DNA of 63,751 bases, counting the filler, from Intoshia linei (Eukaryota; Animalia; Orthonectida): NCBI GenBank assembly GCA_001642005.1. It is 5 parts of 5 records of this genome, joined end to end, with 100 filler letters (N's around TTAATTAATTAA, not from the genome) between each part and the next. Parts side by side here need not be neighbours in the genome. Positions count along the whole stretch, not along the records: positions 1 to 30,109 come from LWCA01000370.1; 4 more parts are not named here. One strand, 5' to 3'. Made by a program: the position numbers and the translations under genes. The notes below the pieces were generated by a model. The model saw only the letters and a program-made list of their open reading frames with translations. It made no database searches and was not told the DNA's origin. Of this stretch, positions 12,131 through 24,900 are shown one piece after another. Position 1 is the first letter of the stretch, and every line of letters starts with the position of its first letter.

Positions 12131-15100
12131 ATGCAAATAAACTCCTTCAGTATGATGTTACTTTTCTTAAACTCTATATTTATTCAAAGGTAACAAAAAA
12201 TTATTTCAAATTTTAATACATTTCATTAATTTCTTTAGTGTACAATGTCTGATCGATTACACCAAAAACGGTAATAAATTTACTTGTATAAATTATGAAT
12301 TATCAAATTTCCAACATAAATTATAAAAATGTTGCATTCGTCTTGAGATTAACGCGTCATTTTTTAGCTATAAATTAAAATTATTTAATGCATTTTTAAA
12401 ATGCAATGTACGTTGTATATTTTAATTCAAAATTAAAATCAACCTAATCAATTTAGATGCAATTTTTTTAAAAATTGATAATCCTATTCAAAATATTACT
12501 CGAAATATAAATCAATCCGCTAAAATCATGTGTGAAATTACCGGGAATCCTATACCAAATTACAAGTGGTTTCATAACAATAAACAACTAATCTCTGGAA
12601 ATAGAATTAATATTAAAAGTACGTTGTGGGGTTCAAGGTAAAAAAATCAATTTAAATCAATTTTTAATTTAATTGTTTTGTTGTAGATTACGTATTAAAA
12701 TGATTAGAAAGGATGATTTTGGAAAATATACTTGTGAAGCTACAAATTCAGACCAAATTTTAATGTCGCATGGTTATATATTTGTCGAAAACAAATTTTA
12801 TCAAACAAGTATGTTTTTCTTTTATTTTAATGGTATTGATTATTTAATAAACAAAATCACTTGATTCTTGTCATTTGAATTTTAATGACAATTAATAATT
12901 ACTTGGAATCATCATAAAATCAATACATTTTATTAATAATAATTTCATTTATTCAAATTTTATATCAGGCTTATATTGACCACCAGCACCGCTATTTTGA
13001 CTCCATAATTAAATAATATATAAATATTGAATACAAAAAAAACTAATTACTTGTTTTTAAGGTTTTTGAAGCCAATATTCTCAGTAAGGATTCATTACTT
13101 ATATAAAGTAAACATTGCTAAAATGTGAGTATCAGCCTGTAACCTTTTATTTAGTTAATTAATTTTTAAGAAATTTTAAAAATACAAAAAAAAAATTTTT
13201 TTGTACAAATTCAGAGTCAGATTTTCATGGAACAGTAATTAACCCTTTTAAAGCCGAATTATTTATATACAAGTTTAAAAATATATTGATCTTATAAATT
13301 GCTTAAAGTATTAAAACTAGATATCTAAAAAAATTTTTATAAAAATAATTAATCACCGTTTTCCAGGATGTATCATATATGATCCATTGGCTTTGGGTGA
13401 CATAAAAATAAAATAAACAGTTATGTTTTGAATTTGTGATTATATAATTAATAATACAGTGTCAATGTAGTACCAATGTCAGTTATGACTAATGCAATAA
13501 TCGAACGTGTACGCAGGCTCGGTTATGTCGATTTTTTTTACATTTTGTATATTTTTTAAATTGTGATTATACAAAGCAATAATGTGAAATCATACATTTA
13601 TTATTAAAGTGGAATATTAATTTTAAGATAAAAAACAATTACGTTCCAGACGAAACAGAGGTTAACCTTACATTTTATACATTGAAGTTGACATAAAATC
13701 GAACACATTTTGCACCTTTTCCTGCTAGTTTGTATATTTGGGAAATGGCTATACTTATCAATTCTACTCGGAGTATGTTCAATAAAAATATAATAATTCT
13801 TCTTAAAAGAGGGAAAAGGGTTAAATTTAAATGTGCAGTTACTGAGAGTCTTCCACGTTTGTTAGCAAATTCTAGGCTTGGAACATTCCCAGTTCTTATC
13901 AGACTTTTACAAACTCCTTGGGTAAAATTTATAAACTTTGTAATACAAATTACAAATAACTTTTTATGAAAAAAATACCACTCAAAGCCAATGTATCATA
14001 TATGATACAAAGGTTTGAGGCCAAATTTCAAACTGAAAACCGCTACTGTCGTAAATTAAATTGGATGGATAACAAATATCCAGTCTTATAAATGACACTT
14101 ATATTTTTTAGAATTTGTTATGTATACTTAAATACAGTAAACTCTGTCTATAAAAACACTTTCTATAAGAACAGTTTTGAATATTTCCATAATTTAGTAA
14201 ATTTTCTGCACTAATATACTATTATTTTCATTATGCACTAAACTAATATTCGACTGTATCTATAAGAAACAACTCAAAAGCTGTTCTTATAGAGATAGTT
14301 TACTGTAGCTTTAATTATGTGGTCAAAAAAAATTTTTATAAATCTTAAAATGGTAATTTTTAACTATTTCTGAGAGGTTTATATATCATTCTACGTGAAA
14401 TTCAAATTGTATATATTATAAAGCATATCCTTGATTAAACGTCAAAAAAATAATTATAAAATATTTATAGTGTTAGTAGTTATGATTTTTTTTATTTGAT
14501 GTATAATATGTGATACATCGGCTTTGAAAGGGTTAAGAAAAATTTGAGTCTGAGAAATTTACTTCTTCAGTGTCAAAAAACCATATTACCACTTTTTATT
14601 AAAATAAAAAAACACGGAAATTTAATAAATCCTAAAATTTGAAAAATGGCATTCTTCAATATTTAATAATAATCAAGTTATTTAGCCAAAAATGTATGTC
14701 TGTTTATCTGTACCATTTATTTAAGAAAGTAGGAAGCGTAGAGTGTTAAAAACACAAATTTGGGTAGTTTTTAATATCATGAGCTTATTATCAATGGAAA
14801 CCTCAAGAACTGGTATCTACATGGTCAAAATGCAATATTATCCTTTAATTAAAATTAGAAAAATCTTAAAATTAAAATTATTAAAATACATAATTAAGTA
14901 TTATTGATGTCCGTAATAAATTTTTTTAACTGGGATGATGGTTCAAAAAAGGTTGAGAATTCCTGAATTAAATGATCATTACATTCTATTTTGATTAATT
15001 AATAACGGTATACCTAAAAAAATTAGAAAATTTTTTTCTACCATTCAGATGCGATTACAATACCAATTACATTTTAGTTAATCAATTCATTATATTTACT

Positions 15101-18100
15101 AGACCCAGAAAAATCAATAAAAGTAGACACTAAAGAAAAATGCCAAAAATACAAAAATGGAATTTGCCATAAATATTTAAACCAAGAAAAAGTTTTTTCA
15201 TCAAAGAAAATTGATATAGCTGGTACCACATGATAAATTATAATTATAATAACTTAATGATATTTTAGATAAACTACATACCATCAAAAACACAAACTAT
15301 TCAAATCATTGTATTGACACATTGAATGCCTTAATATGTTACACCTCCTACCCGGTTTGTAAAAATGACCAAAAAATTTTACCTTGTCAAGACAGTTGTC
15401 ACAAAATTCAAAAAGTTTGTGATACAAAAAGATTGTCATGTAATATATCATTTGAATGGTTTGCCTAGGATAAGGCTTTACCAGAGTACTGTACGGGTCA
15501 ATTAAATAAAAATTGCAACTGAAACTTGCCTATCTTAATCAAATATTAAATTTTTTTATCAAAGTTAGCAGACAAAATCACTAGAGTCTCTTAAATTTTA
15601 GAGACTGATTAGATTTACCAATGCATACAAACAAAACTGATAAATAACAATAACATTATTTAAATTCATTTAACGTATTTTCCAATCTGGTAGATTTTTT
15701 ATAGACAATAAGCATTTAAAAATTTTCATAAAGTGGGAAATGTGCCATATATTGTTTAATAAATCTGCCGCCAGATTTGAATCTGAACTATATATAATTA
15801 GCAATATAATAATTGATGTAATAAAATTTTTTAGTTGTTAATTGCACACAATTAGAAAATGGTCAAAATTGTCTTAATATCACGATAGAAAGTTTCAAAC
15901 GTAAAAGTAATATTTAAAAAACATATCGTATTCCAAGTAACCCTGGATTAGAACGGAAGATTCAAGTATAATAAACAGCACCCAGTGCCAAAACCCTCTC
16001 CGGGGCCTCGGTAAAATTTTTGGTATAATGGGGTTTCATTTTTCCAAATAGAGTATTAAAAAAATTTATTCTTGAATATCATAACTATTTTGTGAATTAA
16101 ATTTAAAAGTATTGGATAGGCGGCTAAGGACTATATGACACAATGCATGGTTTGAAAAAAAAGTTTGGTGTCTATTTTTCATTTTCAGATGGCTTCGAGC
16201 TTGGTAAATTCAGCTCTGACCGCACCCATCGACGTTTAGAAACAATTCAATTTATTAATTTTCCAATTCAAGATAATAATAACAATAAGACCGACGGTCG
16301 TCTACGAATCTGCATTTAATAAGGGTAAGCGGTGTTTTAGTGGCTTGTAATCTTTTTGACGTTTTCAAATTAGTCAATATTTTATTAAAATTTATAAAAA
16401 CACCTGGGTTCGAGTTAGGATTGGCAATCAATAAAAATCATCAACATTATGATAATTTGTATTTCAAAATATTATACCTTTACAGCCAAACCCAAAATTA
16501 CCCTTTTTTGTAAAAATGAAAAAAGTAGTAGAATTTTATACAACATAAATTGACGGATAAGTTTTAAAATCATACATAAAATTATCGGTAAAAATTTATT
16601 CGGTAAATTGTCAACCCTAGTTCGAGTATTTATATTTATATATTAAAATTTTTAATTATTTAATATTTTATTAGACACACAATTTATTACAAAAATGTAC
16701 AAAAGAAAAAAGGAAAGAAGCAGCTACAATATGAAAATAATTATCCCGTCCATATCTATCCCATGTCTACTAATAATAATTAACGTTTCAATTTTATTGA
16801 TTGTGAGAAGGTGTAAAATGAAAGAAATAAGTCAAGAAAGTGATTATATACAAAAAACATTATGTAGCATCACATCACAATACAATTACGACAAAATTGA
16901 AAGTTTGGATGATTTGATACATACAAAAGATTCCAACATGCGACAAATCTCAAAAATAGTAACGGAATCAATAAAAATAATAAAAAAATTGGGTTACAGT
17001 TCCTTTGGACGAGTTTTTACTGGACAATGGGTACACACATCACAAAAAAATTCTCATTACACGGTTCATGAAAATGTATTAATAAAATTACTGGACAATG
17101 TTAATGATGAATCTGGAATTAAAGGCGAATTTTCATCTTACACATTAATGAACTATCAAACAAAATCCATCGATTCAATAAAATCAATAAAAAATGGCGT
17201 TAGTCCAAGTAATTTGGATTTAAAGAGTAGGATTTTCAGTGAAGCTAGAAGCAACATGAAAATAAAAAACGACTATTTTTCTCAATTATTGGGTATTGGT
17301 GGAACGGGAACCTTACAAAATCCATACTTTTTAGTTTATCAATTTACAAACAACATGAGTTTTCAAGATTATCTCGGTACCTACATGAAAGAATCTAGCC
17401 ATTATTCTAGTTTTCATGCGTATAAAATAAATATCCAGCACAAGATTAATATTATTAAAATTTTGCAGCAGATTGGTTACGCATTGTGCTACTTGAAAGA
17501 AAATAATTACATTCATCGTGACATTTCAGCACGAAATGTTCTTTTAAATGACAGAATGGAAGCAAAACTTGGCGATTTTGCATCTTGTTGTCAAAAATAT
17601 CGTCATTTATACTTGAACGTAACATCCATGTTATTTCCCGTAAAATGGATGTCACCGGAATCTTTACTGTGCCATGAATTTTCTCATCAATCCGATATAT
17701 GGAGTTATGGAGTCATGACCTGGGAAGCACTAAATTTCGGACAAGAACCTTATGCAGGGATAGAAAATGAAGATTGTATAGAGTTGATACATCAAGGTGT
17801 TGGTCCAGGGTATATAAAAACTCCAAGTAGTACAATGCAATTGCAAGAACAATACACCTTTAATTTCACAACCAGCACACCTGAAAAGTCAAGCAAAGTC
17901 AGCACAGATTGGTGTTTAAGACATTTGAACATGTTGCACAAAGATTGTTGTGTACAAATAGCGTGTAATCGAATACAATCGAATCAGATTATTCAAAGAC
18001 TAGGTATTGTGTATGCCAATTTGATGGATGAATCGAAAAATATAAAACAAAAAGTTGTACTGCTCAATAATTTCATTGCACCAGTAACTGAACCTACAAG

Positions 18101-18551
18101 TGAAAAATTTCCACTTATAAATAGAAATAATTTTACACCCAGTATTGGATTTATCAAACCCGTTATAAATACTTCAAAATCAGTAGATCATAACTATCAA
18201 GATCCAAAATGTATTGGACAATGCTCTCTTAATATGACTTCAAACATGTCAAATATACCCCCGTTCAAAACCTCACCAACCTGTTCATTACAAGTAAATA
18301 ATCAACCTCAAACCTGCAATCAAATATTCAATTCCGACACCTCTACCAACCGAGAATTTTCGGTATCTCATATGACTAGCGACCAATCTTCATTTGAAAA
18401 ATGCAATATTGAAATGAATATACCTCATTCCGTTAATATTTCAAATCAAATGGATAAGTTTTATGACGAATGTACAAATATTGATTCCAATGTTATAAAA
18501 TCTCAATTAGACATGAATGAACAGTTTCGACAAGACTATCAGTACATATAA
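12131..18551 (+). CDS. ROR: ROR-like receptor tyrosine kinase (signal peptide, Ig, Frizzled/CRD, TM, kinase, S/T/P/N-rich tail; no kringle found)
   Basis: Exons about 12131-12189, 12239-12270, 12457-12637, 12687-12808, 15103-15222, 15269-15439, 15835-~15906, 16675-18551. Ig domain NITRNINQSAKIMCEITGNPIPNYKW...STLWGSRLRI is ROR-like. Cys-rich CRD (CQKYKNGIC...CYTSYPVC...PCQDSC); TM IIIPSISIPCLLIIINVSILLIV; kinase HRDISARN, FPVKWMSPE, SDIWSYGV. Confidence 0.85.
13243..14532 (-). mobile_element. Non-autonomous piggyBac element in ROR intron
   Basis: TTAA|CCCTTTTAAAGCCGA ... TCGGCTTTGAAAGGG|TTAA. Palindromic TGTATCATATATGAT internal repeats. Minus-strand remnant of the Cys-rich C-terminus (HFPNIQTSRKRCKMC...RNCF) near 13630-13750. 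Confidence 0.88.
14135..14305. mobile_element. pogo/Tigger-like MITE nested in the piggyBac element
   Basis: TA|CAGTAAACTCTGTCTATAA ... TTATAGAGATAGTTTACTG|TA. Confidence 0.8.
16416..16619. mobile_element. hAT MITE (TAGG-ended), 204 bp
   Basis: TIRs TAGGATTGGCAAT / ATTGTCAACCCTA with a perfect 8-bp TSD GTTCGAGT (16408-16415 and 16620-16627). Confidence 0.85.
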
Positions 18552-18588
18552 TGTAGATATTCAATTATTTAATTTTTTTAAATAAATA

Positions 18589-20583
18589 CTATCCCCGAAA
18601 TTTCACACTCATTTTTTCTTCAAGGTCAATAGTTTCCAGCACCTAAATATAATAATAATCAAATTTGAATTATAAACCTTTTTAAAATCTTGGAAATTTA
18701 TAGAGTTGTATTGTTCGCTTTTGTCTTTAGACATGTTAAGTTCCGCCATGGTTCTGTCAACAATTTGGCTAAACTAAAAAAATTGTTGAATCAATAATCA
18801 GTGCAATTTAAAAAGACAAGTACTGTGACCGAGACCCAATTTTCGAAATTTGGTTTCAATTCTAATTAATTAATATATAAATTCTGGGGTTCAAAATTTT
18901 TTCATTGGAATGTATAAAAAAACATTATGCTTTTTTTAATTTCTGGAGGCCCTTTTGCATTACTACGCTCCATTAATATTATTTTCATTCATTCATTTCT
19001 TATCTTATCATTATTAGATTATGTTATCTAGTTGACAATGTTTTACATGAAATGTTTAATTTTTTTATTATTTATTTTTTTATTTTAATTTTTAATATAT
19101 TTCACTGAACAACACTCAAAAAAAAGTTAAATAATCTGATAAAGATTTTTAAATCATCAAAATTATGATAAATTTAAATTTCAAAATCTTAAATCTTCAC
19201 GGCCAAAATTCCAAATTTCCATTTTTTTTAAAAATGAAAAAAAGTAATAGAATTTTATACAACATAAATAATTGACAGGTTTTTAAATCATAAACGTTAT
19301 CATAAGTCACAAACCCAAAAACGTGCATTTTCACGATCAAAATACAATCAATATGTACCAGATTACCCTTTTTTTAAAAAATGTCAATAGTTCCATAATT
19401 TAAAAAAAATTACAGTTGATACAATTATATCCAGTTAACACACACAAAAAATTTCAATCAGACAAAGTAATGTCTTAACGGTCAAAAAAGAACTTTAGTA
19501 TTCATTTTTTTGTTAAAACAAAAAATTTGAAACAATTAACGATCCTATAATTAAAAAAGGGATTATTCTGATACAGCTTATTTCAGTTGATATAGATAAA
19601 AAATTTCAAAAAGTATTATCTGAAACTTGCATTTTCAGAGCTAAAAAAACCATAAATTACCAATTATTTTGAAAAAGTGCAAAAAAATCATAGCTAATAT
19701 TTTTTACCAGATGGCATGCAGAAAAAATATAATCTATGAAATTAACGCCTTCACGATCAGAAAAGCACTTCACTATTTATTTTTTTCAATATTAAAATTT
19801 ATTTACCATTTGTTAATCAGAAAATTAAAATGTTAGCAATTGTTAATTTACTGACCCACGGGTCGGGTGACCATGAAATATTGACTTAGAATTTTGAGGG
19901 ATTTAGTAGAAAAATAATAAAAAAAATTACTTGTTCATTCGACAAGGTGGATCCTACCATCAAATTTAAAATATTGGTTATATCTTGCCGATCAATCAAA
20001 TTGTCGGATGACACATCGTATATATCAAAAATGACTAAATGAAAATTAAAAAAAGTTTAAAACCAAAAAAAATTACACTTAAGTTTCTTATTCTTATTTT
20101 TCTCACATTCATGAGATTCCATATTATCATAAGTTCTAAATGTAGAAATGACGTTAATAAACTCTCTAAAGTTTATTCCATCTTGATCAGCGACTGTTTC
20201 GTCTTCTAAACTTGAAAAAAATGTAATTATTGAGGAATTTATTTGATTACACTTTTTTTCTCATAAAAATGTCAATAAGTCTATCACATAAAGGATTTAC
20301 TGTAAATTCAGGTATTCTTCTAAAATCCTCTTCACTAAATTTAAAATTGATCAATTGATTGATAAATGTAACGAATTTACTAAACTTATGGTAAATTACC
20401 TTATATATCCTTTGTCGTTTTTGTCCAATTTTAGAAATCGATTATATATTCGTATAACTTGATTTCGTGAAACTAATAGTTGACAAATAAAACTTTTATA
20501 ATAATAATATTATTACACCCAGTTTCTTCTATAATTGACATAATTTCATCTTCTTGGAGCTGTATGGAATGAGAAGAACCCAT
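18589..20583 (-). CDS. CHP1: Calcineurin B homologous protein (CHP1-like EF-hand protein), 7 exons
   Basis: MGSSHSIQLQEDEIMSIIEETGFSRNQVIRIYNRFLKLDK...EEDFRRIPEFTVNPLCDRLI...INFREF...LMVG...QIVDRTM...EEKMSVKFRG*. N-myristoylation Gly2; GT-AG introns. Confidence 0.92.
19185..19790 (+). repeat. Family A modular repeat (internal part) in the CHP1 large intron
   Basis: Similar to 29500-29860, with recurring CTTCACGGTCAAAA-like cores about every 115-160 bp. Confidence 0.7.
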
Positions 20584-21268
20584 TTTGTGTATTTTATTCA
20601 AAAATTTTATAGATCAATTTGGCACACATGTTCTAGTCGATATGGCAATCATTAATTGTTACATTTGAAGATTATCAATGTAAATTTTACAATACAATAT
20701 TTAATGAAATTAGTTTTGTATTCTCAGATTTGTCAATTTTTTTTGAGATTGTAAAATTCCTGCTTATCCTGCTATATAATTCAATGACATAAAAAATAAA
20801 CGTTTAAAAATTCATGTTAAAAAATTAAAATGTTTTAAAAACCTAAAAAAATATTTTTTGGGTCAATGAAAAACCACTTCTTTGAAAGTAGTGAGTCACT
20901 ACTAGTTACTCCGGGCTAACAAATAATTTATTTGAAAAATGCATTACTCCTAATTATGATACAATAATAATTGTATGTTTTAAAATATTTTTTTATAATT
21001 TTTTTGAAATAGAAACTAAGATTCTAGAATTAAAAAAAATATGGCAAAGTTTTTTTTTATACAAATAAAAATTAAATCTCCGAAATTTACGTCTTCATGG
21101 TCAAATTACTTGTGATTTATGCATTCAATAGGACCAATTATCAGGATACGGGTACAACTTATAACCAAAATTGACAAATACTTATAGTATCTCTAAAATC
21201 TAGTTTTAGAGATAAATATTAACCTAAACGAAAATATACAATTCAATCGAAACAAAGTTATTATCAAC

Positions 21269-21824
21269 ATGTTTAGACTTTTCAGCAAGATTTTTTTAAA
21301 TTCATCAAGACGAACACTATCCAAAGAAGTAGCTTCTGAAATACCTACATCTGTAGACATACTGAAATTGACATTTGCGTCTCCTTCCCAAGTTAACCAA
21401 CATTATAAGTTAATTATTTACGATAGGTACTTTATAATAAAAGTCAAATTGAACAAATCGACGTGCCAACCTTCAGTGGAAATATGGGAATATTGGCCAA
21501 ACACGTTCCCACTTTAGCTGCATTAAAATCTGGAGTTATTAGAGTAGTCGAATCAAAGGGAAAAACGAATTCATATTTCGGTAAGATTTTCAAAATTTTA
21601 CTTTTCAATACTTTTTAGTTACTGGTGGTTCTCTCACCATCAATAGCGACTCGTCTGTGCAAATCTTAGCAGAAGAGATTGCAGAATTAAAGGACATTGA
21701 TAAAGAAGCAATTGACACACTTTACAGTGAATTGGAATCTGAAAATCAAGAATGGTCAGATAAAGACAAAGCATTAATGCAAATCAAGAAAGAATGTCTC
21801 AATTCCATAAAAAATAGTGTGTAA
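21269..21824 (+). CDS. ATP5F1D: Mitochondrial ATP synthase F1 delta subunit, 3 exons, 160 aa
   Basis: Exons 21269-21391, 21427-21580, 21619-21824. Transit-like N-terminus, LTFASPSQV, QIDVPTFSGNMGILAKHVPT, YFVTGGSLTINSDSSVQILAEE. Confidence 0.95.
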
Positions 21825-21965
21825 AATAAAATTAGTAATATAATTTATTCGTTAACATTAACTAAAAATTTGTACAGATATGTAGTCTAATATTACAAAC
21901 AATAAAATAAATCATCGATGAAAATAGCATAAGCTAACAATGACCGGTTAAAATTAAAACAACAT

Positions 21966-24900
21966 TCAATTTACAAATTTTCTTTGCTTTACTGTTGGGT
22001 TTGTAATATTTGGAACATTGTTGTATACCAACCTAAGTATGAATTAAAATTAAAAAAACGAACGATTTACCGTTTAATCCCTGGCTTCATAGGAGTAGTA
22101 TTGGCAACATCTTGTAACCATCTCACTTGAGTCGCAGGACCATATCCTTTCTGATTTCTTGCGGCAATTCTGAAAATTATAGCAGGTTTCAAATCAGGGT
22201 CAATGTATGCTTGAGATAGACTTTCCTTGGAGACTAGGCAACTAGGTTGTTCTCCAACGTAGACTCTTACAAACTGTAGTGGTGCGGATGTTATAGGGTG
22301 GCTTGGAACCCTTGAATATACAGGGTTTGGAAGTGGAGATTTTTTCATGGCTAGGTAAACAGAGTATTGAATTATTCGCCCTACGGCAACTTCTGGAGGT
22401 TCCCATCGTAATGTTGCTCCATTCAATGATTTATTTATTTTTACGGTAGAGGGTGCACCGGGGAACCCAGGCAATCCCGTTCTGTACAAGAAAGCTTCTG
22501 AAAAATCAGATTGCCCACATGCGTTAATTGCTGCAACTCTAAATAAATATCCGTTTCCAGGTTGTAATTTTATCATCCTGGTAGCGTCTAGGCTGGCAGA
22601 AGGTGTATCACTCTAAAAAAAAAATTAATCATATTGTACCTATTCCCGATCTTAAAGTCAAATATTCTCAAAAAAGTTTACGTAAAAAAATGGATCTACT
22701 GCTCTCTAATACATTTCAATAGAAAGTCACATGCATATAGTGATTAGGGTTCAATATTATTTTTTAATTAAAAAGAGCTATTTTGCAAGTCGAAGTTTTA
22801 TTTAATTATAAAAATGATAAGAAATATATAACGTTTTTATTCGACTAATTATCAGCTTTGGGTTGGTTGTTTATCTGATCGGGTTATCATATTATTTTGT
22901 ATATTTTAAATTTAGTCCCAGCACATTGGTCTAATTTTTACGATACTCATCTTTAATAGTGCAGCCATATTTTATACGTAGAAAATACATATTTGTTACC
23001 TATAAAGCTAAAATTTAAAAAAAGTTTTTTTTAATTTTATTAATCAAAAATACGTAAAATACAGTTTCATTTTTTTAAATTTTAATAAAAATGTTTTTTG
23101 TAGTATAGTAGAAAATGAGATTGTTAATTTACACAGTCCGTGTTATTAAAGTTTAACAATTTCTAGTGAATTTTTTTTAAATTTATCAATCTTATTTGTT
23201 ATTGATTAAATATTAAATTTTATAAATGATAAATTGTGACAAGCTCAATTGTTTCACAATTGTAAAATCTATATTTTTTAAGGTTGTCTGATAAATTCAA
23301 TCCTATAAAAAAGGCAAAAAAATTCTGAATTTCAAAAAACAATTTCTCATGTCAATTTTACGGCTAATGCAGCCTCATTAATTTATTATCTGAAATTTTC
23401 ATGAAAATTGTAATGAACATTCTATTTAATTTTTTGGCTAGTAAAATTAAAAATTTAGATCTGTTTACTGCCTCCCTCTTATGAAACAACTGTTGTATAA
23501 AATACACAACATACAAGCTAGTTTCGTATAAAAATTACATGAGGAACGTAGCTATATTGTGAAACTATACAGCTAATTGATTTCATCTGACAAACATCAT
23601 GCCAGTTATCTGTATATTTAATTTTAACGGTTTTATCATTTTTAGCAGTTTCAAATTTGACGTTATCATCACGTTTATCGTTGATCACACTTGTAACTGA
23701 ATCAACAGATTTCAAAACGTCAGTTTCATGGTTATTAAAAATGCTTTCATCTGGTTTGGTATCTTGAGTTTTGTCATCATTATTTTGAGGTTTTAATTCC
23801 GGCACAACTGGTTGTTCTGTTTGTACATCAGCATCATTAGGTAAAATACTTGAACCCTCATTAAAAGACTCGGTTTTTTCAGATTCAACATTTGATTCGC
23901 TTGGTTCAGTATCAGATCCCTCCAAGCCATCAACTTCCATCATTTTTTTTTCTAAGCAAAATTTAAAAAATACAAAAATAAATTAACTTGACGCATCAGG
24001 CGTATCAGTTGACAAATTGACAGTTTTAGGAGATATAGTCACCATATTTGACTTGTGTAATGCTGCATTATTGGATATGGTGGTAATTGTCTTTTGAGGT
24101 TGTAAAATTGAATATTTAGAATTTATATTATTAATCGACTGCACATTTTTGATTGAGACAGGTTGTCGAATAATTTTACCACCTTTATTAACAACATGGA
24201 CAATTTTAGGGCTGTCGGCAAACTATCATAAATGTAAGAATAAATTTTCAATAAAATACATTGGTATTTCCAATTAGTGATGGATTTCGGTTTAATCTAA
24301 TTATTTGACTGGAATTGAGTTTCACACGCCCAAAACTTTCGGCTGACGGGCGAATGCTGTAAACGTTTTCTAATTATAATTAAAAAACATTACGATATAT
24401 AAATACTAGACTTTTTCAAAGCGTCCTTATTCTGACGTAATATTCTAATCCCCATTGGATTGACAATATGAGATCTGTTTTGAATTGGTGGAGTAATTTC
24501 ATTATCTCCGTTAGTTTTAACTTGGGCTACGTCGCTGGTGGTTTGTCTGATATTAGTATCATTTTGCAATGAATCAATTTTTTGAATTTGAAGTAGATAA
24601 GACGTCGCATTAGGAATATTAGACCAACAAATTTCTAGTGTATTTGTACTGGCTCTCACCAAATTTATCACTTGCGGAGGTAATGGTTTAGCCGTTTCAA
24701 GGAACCAAAGATCCTTAAAGCAAATCTATGAAATTTTAATAAAATTAAATCAATCCTACCTGATTGTTCCAGGCTTTTCTGTAACCATCTCTTCCGCTCC
24801 ATATATATAAACGAGAATGTATAACACACATTGAATGCCCTGCACGAGCTCTCGGTTGAGCATCATCCAAGACTTCAATCGACAAATGTTCCCACGTCAT

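Noticed and set aside
17331-17655. Short minus-strand ORFs within ROR (likewise the opposite-strand or alternate-frame ORFs 25844-26029, 37648-40000, 44273-44536, 54028-54471, 58691-58948)
   Set aside because: They are shadow or alternate-frame ORFs overlapping real coding exons, with no motifs.
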